Positions 42,998-51,800 of a stretch of 64,000 bases of DNA are shown piece after piece. Source of the DNA: a bacterium (GTDB taxonomy: Bacteria; Electryoneota; JAOADG01); the NCBI GenBank assembly GCA_963681965.1, contig OY820579.1, positions 2,368,001 through 2,432,000 of the forward strand, given 5' to 3'. Both the position numbers and the translations under genes were made by a program. Within the stretch, counting starts at the first letter, position 1; each line of letters starts with the position of its first letter. The notes under the pieces were generated by a model. It saw nothing but the letters and a program-made list of their open reading frames with translations. It did no database searches and had not been told where the DNA came from.

Positions 42998-45208
42998 TTA
43001 CTTGATCAAAACGATCTTGCGAACCGCTTCGTTGTTACCGGCGGTAAGCTTCAGGAAATAGGTACCGGTTGCAAGATGGCTGCAATCGATCGTTTCTCGG
43101 TAACTACCGGCACCAAGGCGCTCATTGCGCACAACCATGACTTCCCGACCGGTCAGATCGAATAACTTGATTGCGACGCGATTTGCCTTAGCCAGCGTAA
43201 AGTCAACTGAGGTTGTTGGATTGAACGGGTTCGGATAAGCATTACCGACTTGGAACGTCGCCGGAAGTGTTACATCCGGTGCTGCACTGCCGGAAATCGT
43301 TAAGGTGACTGGAACAACGACCGGTACAATATTTCCGGAGAAAGTAAATGCTCCGGTGTGTACGGAACCAGCTGTCATGTTCTGTGAATTCCACAATACT
43401 GGAACGGTAGTCGATTGACTCGGTTGCAGGCTGAATGTTGTTTGAATTGGATTTGCCCAGTAAGGTGAGAATTGAATCCGGATCGCGTTGTTCGATGGAA
43501 TGAACGTGGACGGATTGAGGGTTGAATTATAAATATTGACGAATCGCGATCGATCCTCGCTTTGAATACCGATTGCGGTATTGTAATCGGCGATGCTAAT
43601 CGTGCCGTATTGCAATAAAATCGTGCCGTCTTCGTAGAGTGCACACTGCGCGTTGATCCGGGTCGTGACGCCACTGTAACGGCGGGCATTGATCCATGAG
43701 AAGATCACGCGTTCGTTTTGGGAATCGTATACGATCTTTGTGCTGCCGGTGTCCTGAGCGACCCATAGATCGTTCCAGAATACGGCGATACACGATTCCA
43801 CGTAATTGCTCGGGAACGGCTGACGTCGCCAGGAATTCGCATCGGTAATTTGATTGAAGGAGAGGATACCGTTTGCATTCATATAGACAGTCGAATAGTT
43901 ACTGCCATAGAACGGGAATACGAACGGAAGATCGTACGAGATCGTCGCATCGTTGCCCATCGCCCCATCATCCCCCCCGGTAGTATCGATCCAGCGATAA
44001 GCCGGACCACCGGAATTTGCCGTCTGCAAATAGGTAAAGTTGTTGAGTCCGGTATTCGACGTAAGAGTGCCACTATACGGAATCGAACCGGTATTGGTAA
44101 CCGTCAACGTTTGCGTCAGCGTGTCGTTAACTGCTAGCGTCGTGGTGAAGGGGGTAGGCGTTACCGTGATAGATGTAGCACTCGCAATCTTGAAATTACC
44201 GGCAAGTGTGTCGGCATTGCGCGGTCGTCGAATTGACTTGACGATGATGCGTGCACTGTCGGTGGAAGCACCATTCACATTCCACTCACAGTATCCATTG
44301 TTGGGAACGTTGGCAGCGATAGTATCCCACGTACCCGACGGATAATGCCGATTGAGCAGAATATTCATCGTATCGGTGTAGAAAGAATTCCAGATAATCG
44401 GGAAAGTGTGTTCGATAAATGCCATCTGCTGCGGTGCCGGTGACGTGATTCCGTGGCAACGCGTTGACTGCAATACTTCGCGGGAAGAAGTGTTCTGCAC
44501 GAAGGCAATGATACTGCAACTATCGATATTGTAGGGTTCGGTACCAGTCGTACGCGGCGCGAAACGGGTCGTGAACGTAAGGGTATCGGACGTTGAACCG
44601 GAATGGGTAAAAGGAAAACCGGCAACCGATGGTTTTGCCGAAATAAACGGGTAATCCCAGGTGTTGACTCCGTTCGGTGCGGCAGTTGCCCACACTTCGT
44701 GGATTTCAGTCAAATATATTTTTAGGAAAGTGCTACTGGTGATTGCTTGATTGGCAACTGCTTTCACCGTCACGACCAGTGTATCGTTCGTGGTCGGAAC
44801 GACACTGACCTTAAGCCAGACTGGTGACGGGAGTGCGTTGCGGGTATTGACAGCAGTCGTGATCAAGTTCGGTGTAGAAGAAGCACCGAAACCGACGATT
44901 ACGTTACCGTCGATCGCGAAAGTAGGATAACCGGTTACACCGTAAGTATTTCGAAGTGTATCGGCTTGTCCGGTGTTGGCTAAGTACCACGGATCATTGG
45001 GTCCCGGGTAATTTTCATGATACTGGATGTATTGGACTGTACCTTGCCCCGCAAGGTATGGGACGAGCCACGTATGGGCTGTCGCACAGAACGATCAAGA
45101 GTAGTTCGTGTAGTCTTCCAGTAGTACGGTGCGGGGATACGCAAAACCGAGCGCAGCCATCGCGACTACCAGAAGCAACACTGCACCAATAGTAGCACTT
45201 TGCTTCAT
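42998..45208 (-). CDS. Predicted selenoprotein (Sec38, UxxC): signal peptide, Omp28-like thioredoxin domain, Ig-like and nidogen-like domains, T9SS-type CTD; 736 aa
   Basis: GGAG RBS then ATG at 45208; single in-frame TGA at 45095-45097 in RTVLLEDYTNYS-U-SF-C; the frame continues without a stop (YIQYH..PGPNDPWY..RNTYGVTGYPTFAIDG) into ORF 42998..44866; tRNA-Sec nearby. Confidence 0.88.
45057..45088 (-). promoter_or_regulatory. Candidate bacterial SECIS hairpin directly 3' of the UGA
   Basis: mRNA UGA UCGUUC UGUGCGACAGCCCA-UACG-UGGCUCGUCCCAUA folds into a bulged stem; the apical loop starts 20 nt after the UGA. Confidence 0.6.
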
Positions 45209-45372
45209 AATGATCTCCGGGTTAATCGAGTGAATTGCTATTTTAAGTGAAAATTCAACATGAAAAGTAACCAATTCCGGTTGGATTCTCAATCGAAAAT
45301 TGAATTTTAGAAAAAAAGTGAGAGTGGGGAGGGTGTATCGGTTTAGTACAGGAATGTCATAATTGAACATAT

Positions 45373-45415
45373 AAAAAAAGACTCGCAAGATGCTGTAGTA
45401 CAGCTCAAGCGAGTC
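45373..45415 (-). terminator. Probable terminator after fabL
   Basis: GACTCGC...GCGAGTC stem preceded by an A-run. Confidence 0.55.
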
Positions 45416-45478
45416 CGATTGTCTTACACAGGAAATATCAGGAAAAGAATACGAACTATCTATTGTAAATAAAAATAA

Positions 45479-46228
45479 TTATGCGATAATCGAATAACCG
45501 CCATCGACAGTGATGGTCTGACCGTGGATCATCTTCGCCATCGGGCTACAAAGAAACAGGGCAACATCCGCAACATCGTCCGGAGTGACCAGTCGACCTG
45601 CCGGGGTACGGTGTAACGAGTTTTTCAAGATCTCGTCGCGGTGCGGGAAATGCGAGAGTGCATCGGTGTCGACAACACCTGCCGATAGCACGTTGACATT
45701 GATGTTGCGCGGGGCAAGTTCGACAGCTAGATGGCGGACGAGGGATTCTAACGCTGCTTTCGACGCACCAACCGCGGCATATTGCGGTAGCGCTCGGGTA
45801 GCGCCAAGCGAACTGACGGCGACTATTTTCCCGCCGTGTTCCATCAACTTGACGGAATTCTGAACGAGTGGCAAAAACGCCCCGGCATTGATTCCAAGTG
45901 TCCATTCCCAATGACGGTAGGTCAGCTCCAAGCCCGGTTTAATCACGCCACTGGCGGCATTTGAAATAAGTATGTCGAGCCGTCCGTAGTGCTTGGCGAT
46001 TTCTTCGAACATTGCCGGTTGTTTTTCAACTTCCGCGACATTCCCTTTCAGCAGCAGGCAGTGCGAGCCAGCTTCTTCGATTGCCTGAGCCGTCTCTTCG
46101 GCGGCTTTGCGATTGCGGAGGTAGTTAATGGCGATGTCGGCGCCGGCTTGTGCCAAGCGAACTGCGATCGCGCGACCGATGCCGCGCGAACCACCAGTGA
46201 TGAAGGCGACTTGTTTAGCGAATTTCAT
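45479..46228 (-). CDS. fabL: SDR, enoyl-ACP reductase FabL-like
   Basis: TGGSRGIG, NAASGV, YAAVGASKAALESLVRHLAVELAP, VDTDAL.HFP. Confidence 0.85.
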   Translation of the reverse strand: MKFAKQVAFITGGSRGIGRAIAVRLAQAGADIAINYLRNRKAAEETAQAIEEAGSHCLLLKGNVAEVEKQPAMFEEIAKHYGRLDILISNAASGVIKPGLELTYRHWEWTLGINAGAFLPLVQNSVKLMEHGGKIVAVSSLGATRALPQYAAVGASKAALESLVRHLAVELAPRNINVNVLSAGVVDTDALSHFPHRDEILKNSLHRTPAGRLVTPDDVADVALFLCSPMAKMIHGQTITVDGGYSIIA

Positions 46229-46261
46229 AGATATTCCAATAGCGAATCAATCGAAAAAAAA

Positions 46262-46594
46262 TTACTCTTGAACCAGTGTCCAGCGGTTACCATAAGGGTC
46301 TTCGAATACTGCCAAATCGACCGGTTCTCCGGCACCACCCGGTTCCTCGACCTCGATCCCGCGTTCCTTCAATTCATTGATCGACGCTTCAAGCGATTCA
46401 ACCACGACACTGATATCGGTACCCTGCAAGACTTCTTCGACTTCATCCAGCACCAGCGTGGTGTCGCCGATGGCAAAGCCGACGAAGTCCTCTTCGTCGA
46501 ATAGTTCGGGTAAACCGATCGTCATGGCATAGAATTCGCGAGCTTCTGCGATATCGGTTACCGGCAGGAAAATTGTGTCGACGCGTAGGAACAT
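46262..46594 (-). CDS. VOC/glyoxalase-family protein (110 aa)
   Basis: V.DIAEAREFY...IGL ... FEDPYGNRW.L.QE; GGAG RBS then ATG at 46594. The longer ORF called by the track overlaps the tRNA. Confidence 0.85.
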   Translation of the reverse strand: MFLRVDTIFLPVTDIAEAREFYAMTIGLPELFDEEDFVGFAIGDTTLVLDEVEEVLQGTDISVVVESLEASINELKERGIEVEEPGGAGEPVDLAVFEDPYGNRWTLVQE

Positions 46595-46707
46595 TATATC
46601 TCCAATCCGATTATTGGTGATGGTGTAGGGTGAATGTATATAATGAAATACGAAAACCGGACCGGCGCGGAATAATACTGGCAATTCAGCGCGAGTCCGG
46701 TGATACA

Positions 46708-46803
46708 TGGCGGGAGCGTCTGGGAATCGAACCCAGCCGAGAGGTTTCCCCCTCACAACCGGCTTTGAAGGCCGTGGCGTCCACCAGAACCGCAGCCACT
46801 CCC
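46708..46803 (-). tRNA. selC: tRNA-Sec (anticodon UCA), 96 nt, CCA encoded
   Basis: GGGAGUG...CGCUCCC-GCCA; 4-nt D-loop UGGU; anticodon loop CUUCAAA; long variable arm UGAGGGG-GAAA-CCUCUCG; T arm CUGGG-UUCGAUU-CCCAG; G73 discriminator. Confidence 0.93.
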
Positions 46804-46851
46804 AAAATCAAATTGTACTAAGATACGTAAAATGAACTGAAATATACAGTG

Positions 46852-48570
46852 TTACTTCAATAAGACGATCTTCTGCGATTTTGATGCGCCATTCGCTTGT
46901 AACCGGACAAAATAAGTTCCCGATGGGAGCGACTTGCCATCGATGGTGACGCGATACGATCCGGCTTGTTGTTGGAAATGGGTCGATTGGAATACTTCAC
47001 GACCATTCAAATCGTAGATCTGAATCGACTGCAGTGGTGAATGAAGTGTCGTGATCTGCAACGTAACGGATGAATTAAAGGGATTGGGATAAGCTTTTAC
47101 AGCGAAACTGTCGATTATTGAAGCCGATGGATCAGAATTGACGCTGTTGACATGCAGTAGCGGTTTCGAAAAATCGACGACTTGATACCACATCGTATCG
47201 GAACCAAACGAATTGGTGGCGACCACCTGAAATTGAGCCGATCGATAAATTTGATTCGATGTTGCCGGAATCGTGACGACATTATTTTGCATCGTGATTC
47301 CCGGCCAGGCATTCACCATCTGGTAGCCAGCGATACCGGATGCGCTGTCAAAGCGTATCGTATCGCGTTGAACAGTACCATTAATCCGGAACGACTTTCC
47401 TTCAAATGGAATAAAGCGAGGAAGATATTGAGTCGTACTCCCGACGCGGAACGATTTTGTATATGTAGCTGAACTCGTCACGATTCGCGCTTCCCAGATT
47501 CCGTAATCAGCCGAAGTGACATAGCCGCTGAAATTCCAATACCAATAGAACCAGGCATATTGATAGCGATTGGCGATCGATGTGTTCGATTGGCTGTAAA
47601 CACGACCGGATGGGGTTCGTAGCGAAATCGTATACGTATCGCCTGCCTGATTCTGGTCTTGGAACCAGCACATGATGTAGGGTTCGGATGCTCCGATCTG
47701 CAGGGGTTGCGAAAAGCCATTTTTCAAATACGACATGGAGACGTCATTGAGGCTGCCGCCAGCAGCCGCCTGCGTTGTCACTCCCATATCGAAGACGCGC
47801 ATGGGGAGAGTACCGACATAGGGTTCTTGAACCGACCAAAGTGACGGGAGCGGGTTATTAGTACCGAACCACGGATCGCGAGTGACCCAGTTACTATTTT
47901 CATACTGCCCGAGTTCGAAATGAAGGTGCGCATCGGTCGACATCCCGGAACTGCCTACCAGACCAAGTTGATCTCCCTGTTGTATGGTCTCTCCGACTTG
48001 GACGGTCGGAGAATTGGTGCGCATATGCCAATAATAAGCGTAGGAGTTGTCGCTGTGACGAATGATGACATAATTCGCCGGCGGATAGGGTGGATTGCCC
48101 CAATTGGTATTGCGGTCGAATTCCTGATATGCTACTCCGGCTACTACTCCGGGTGCTGCGGCATAAATTGGTATGCCGCGATCCATTTGCCGGAAATTCA
48201 ACAAACAGTAATCGGTACCACGATGACCATCGTAAGAATGGGGATTTCCCATAAAGTCGCGAATAGCCGATGAAGTATCGTCGTCGACATAGTTGACTAG
48301 TACTAGTTTTTCATTCATCCGTATACTAAGTGGCCAACCGAATAAGGGATAATTTACTTCCTGAATGATGGGTGACGAACTGCGCGATTTGGAAAGATAT
48401 TCTTCTAATGGCTTCGGTGGATAGAGAGCGGGTGGTACTGCATTGACCGTCATCGCGGGAGAGGTGATAACATGTTCGATACCAACACCGTCGGCATCTG
48501 AAGCAAATGCAAGTGAAGTAGTCAAAGTGAGAAGAAAAAAGGTTCCGATGAAGAGACTTACGGTTTTCAT
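46852..48570 (-). CDS. Secreted M23 metallopeptidase with T9SS-type CTD
   Basis: YDGHRGTDY (HxxxD), YYWHM, HLHFE; C-terminal YPNPFN...QKIVLLK. Confidence 0.9.
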   Translation of the reverse strand: MKTVSLFIGTFFLLTLTTSLAFASDADGVGIEHVITSPAMTVNAVPPALYPPKPLEEYLSKSRSSSPIIQEVNYPLFGWPLSIRMNEKLVLVNYVDDDTSSAIRDFMGNPHSYDGHRGTDYCLLNFRQMDRGIPIYAAAPGVVAGVAYQEFDRNTNWGNPPYPPANYVIIRHSDNSYAYYWHMRTNSPTVQVGETIQQGDQLGLVGSSGMSTDAHLHFELGQYENSNWVTRDPWFGTNNPLPSLWSVQEPYVGTLPMRVFDMGVTTQAAAGGSLNDVSMSYLKNGFSQPLQIGASEPYIMCWFQDQNQAGDTYTISLRTPSGRVYSQSNTSIANRYQYAWFYWYWNFSGYVTSADYGIWEARIVTSSATYTKSFRVGSTTQYLPRFIPFEGKSFRINGTVQRDTIRFDSASGIAGYQMVNAWPGITMQNNVVTIPATSNQIYRSAQFQVVATNSFGSDTMWYQVVDFSKPLLHVNSVNSDPSASIIDSFAVKAYPNPFNSSVTLQITTLHSPLQSIQIYDLNGREVFQSTHFQQQAGSYRVTIDGKSLPSGTYFVRLQANGASKSQKIVLLK

Positions 48571-48711
48571 CCTGCAGGCTCCTTAGTTGGCATTAGGTAT
48601 AAAAGTAGTTTAAATGAGTGTAAGAGACAATGTTTTTCGGGGTGCTATTCACTTTTTTTGGGCAGTTTCGAGACTGGCACGGAAAATCGAAGCATTTCGG
48701 TGCAATTAACG

Positions 48712-48742
48712 AAAAACGGTGTACTCATCAGTACACCGTTTT
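48712..48742 (-). terminator. Probable intrinsic terminator
   Basis: AAAAACGGTGTACT-CATC-AGTACACCGTTTT. Confidence 0.75.
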
Positions 48743-48760
48743 CGAATTGAAGATGTTCAA

Positions 48761-48878
48761 TATTGTGGTTCATGAAAATATGTTGTCATGAATTGGTGTC
48801 AGGCTTCGCCTGACCTGCGGGCGGACACGGGGGACCGCCCCTACTACCGATAACAACTTATTTTCAAGAGAAACTATA
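48761..48878. repeat. 118-bp MITE-like element, copy 3
   Basis: Near-identical to 7153-7270. Confidence 0.9.
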
Positions 48879-48889
48879 CTATCTCGAAA

Positions 48890-51800
48890 TCACTTCAAGA
48901 TGACCATTCTTTGTGTCTGCGACCATCCTTCGCAATTCAACCGGTAGAAATAGACACCCGATGCCAAACCAGACCCGTTGAAGCGGGTGGAATGATAACC
49001 GGCGGGAAGTTTTCCATCCACCAATCGAGCAATCTCACGTCCGTTCAGATCGAATACGACTAACTGCACACTGCTCGCTTCCGGTAAATCAAAGCGAATT
49101 TCAGTCAGTGGATTGAACGGATTCGGGTAATTCGGATGTAGTGCAATTTTCTCCGGTAAACCGAGCAAACGATGGGGATCGGTACCATTGAAGATGACGT
49201 TCGCATTCACTGAGACGACGCGGGTACTGCAATCATTGGTCGAGAAAATGATGTCACCGATGATCCGATCATTGATGTGATAAGTCGTATCGAGTGTTAT
49301 TGTCACATTGATATTATTAACCGAAGATCCGGGTGCAACGACTCCGGAATCGGGCGATACCGTTAACCAATTACGAAGCGGTGCATAGTTCGGATAGAAA
49401 TATGCCAAACCCCAACCGTTCATATTGGTCGGGAGCCCTTGACCGGCGGATGCACCGTAATAATTCTGGATGTAATAGCGATTTGCACCGGTACTGCCCT
49501 GAATACCGACGGTTGCCGACATTTGACTTACCGGAACACGATCGTATAAGAACACGATCGCTCGGTTGTTTGCATGGAATTGTGCTTCAAAGCGAACCGT
49601 GTCGGTTTCGTGACCAATGCGATTGCCGACCCACTCCAGAATAAAGACGTTATTGACTGCATCGTAAAACTTATAGACAGACGCTTCAAGATCGTCCCAG
49701 AGCGGCATCACGGCATTGATTGCGGTTTCGGTAGGAAGCGGCAAGTTGACGCGGCTGCCGAGTGGATCGTCGCTATTGATGAATTGCGCAACACCATTGG
49801 TGTTGACCCGAATCCGGTTATACTGAGTGCCATAATAATAGAAATTGAAGCCGTCCATTTGCGTCATGATTGCTTCGTCATCGCCTTGCAGTACTAGTGT
49901 ACCGGTGGATGCAATATTTCGGAATGTCAACCATTCGGGGAAATTGATTTCGGATAAGTCGTAACAGTAGTAGCCGAAACTATCGGGACCCCAGAATTGA
50001 TCGACCGATTGAATTACCGGTTGAGTGGTTTCTTCCTGCCCGGGAATCTTAGGCTGATGTTCGATTGCCAGCGTCTGAGCCGGAAGGGGTGAGGGGAGGA
50101 TTGCCGCACGAGCATCGATACTGGGATCGAATCTTTCGCGACGCCATGAAGAACCGGATCGAAGCAATGACGTTCGATTTCGGGTTGTCACTTTCCAATT
50201 GAGTGGTGCATCGCCACTATTGGTGATAGTGAGCGGAACGGTAGTCACGCCGTTGGTCGGTGTCTGCAAATCGAATGATGTTGGTGTGGTCGAGATCGAT
50301 GGATGTCGGACCGTATCGGAAATCGAGGTCGTAGTGCTACTCGTGATCGAGAACGCATGATAAATAGTATCGGGAACGAAGCAGCTCGCGACAATTTTCG
50401 CAACCCAATTCCCGGGTTGCAGAGCAATTGAATAGTATCCGTTTGCCAGCGATGTGGCAGTCCACTGATTTGCCACACTGATTTGGGCACCGGCTAATGG
50501 CAAGCCATTACCGCGAACGATTCGACCGGATAACGATCCGTTGCTTCGCTGTGTCGACCAGAAACCGATACTGGAACTTGACGTCGGTCGAAATACTCCC
50601 GTGCCATTCAGATTGAGTTGGAAACCTTGTGTTCCAGTTTGATCTTCGATGCCGATTCCATAGTCGGAGAAAGATGGTGAATACTGATACGCGAAATATA
50701 TTGCTCCTGATTGATCCAGCCGCACTTGGAAATTACCTGCCGATGCTTGAGATGGTGCATGGAGGATGGATGTATAAGAGACGATAAAGAGACCATTCAG
50801 CGTATTGATTTTGACCGATCCACTGCTGCAATCAAGATCGCCCCAGAGTGGCGCAATCACGGCATTGGGAAGATCTGACGAGGGGAATCCGGGGCACTGG
50901 CGTGGATACCATTGCGGTGAAGTGAATGAAAGGAAACCGTTCGACGAGATATAGACTGAATCGTAATTGACACCGAAGAACGGGAACGAGAATCCGAGCG
51001 GTACCCGAACGGAACCATCGACGCGAAGACCCAAGTCGGTCCAGTTGGTGGTATTGTACCAGGTATAATTTACCGTCGACCACGGTTGTTGAATCGAGAT
51101 AAAGAATGGATCGGATTTTTCCGACACATTTGCCGGAATGGCATCGTCGAATGCCTCGATCCGGTAAGTGTACCCGCGATTGTTGGATGGCGGATCGTAA
51201 ACGAACGAATCGATATTTGCTGCGACTGTACCAATTAATGTAGTATCGCGATAGATCTTGTACCCGGTAAGATCGACACATGGCGTACTATCGGCATTGG
51301 TCGTAACCGGACTCCAGCGCAGAAGCAGCGTCGTATCGACAATTGATGCGGTTAGATACGCCGGTTTTGCTGGTGGCATGTTGTAGGTGGCAAGCGCCGA
51401 ATCGGGACAGAGCGCGATGAATGCCGGAGCAGTGTAGACTGCGGCAACATTATACCAACTGTAGATTCCTTCGCCACGGCTACCACGCGAACTATCAATA
51501 TACTCGTAAATATTCGGTGCAAGATTTGCCAGTAACGTATCGTTGCGATAGATGCGGTATCCACTCAGTGATGCAATTTCATCCTCAGTCGAACCGGGCG
51601 CCTGCCAGTTCATAATGATCCGATCGTCGTGGAATCCATCGCCCATAAAACCGGCGGGTGGCTGATTTGAAATCGGTCGCAATAATATCGTCAGATTGGT
51701 GTCGAGATTAGATCTCAATTGAAACTCAATCGTTCGAGAATGATACCCAAAAGCACTGGCGATAACAGAAACGGGAAGTGCATTCACATTGAGGAATTGA

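Noticed and set aside
42998-45208. Pseudogene or alternative genetic code (UGA=Trp/Gly) as the explanation for the TGA
   Set aside because: Other genes end at TGA normally (cyclase A ends FDW-TGA, cyclase B ends FDW-TAG) and Trp is TGG. The only break falls on the redox Cys position and selC is adjacent. A pseudogene is not fully excluded.
45095-45388. 97-aa ORF as a separate gene, with 42998..44866 starting at an internal TTG
   Set aside because: The true start is ATG 45208 with RBS and signal peptide, and both pieces are one reading frame joined through a TGA.
46595-46756. N-terminal extension of the VOC ORF
   Set aside because: It overlaps tRNA-Sec, and there is a good RBS and ATG at 46594.
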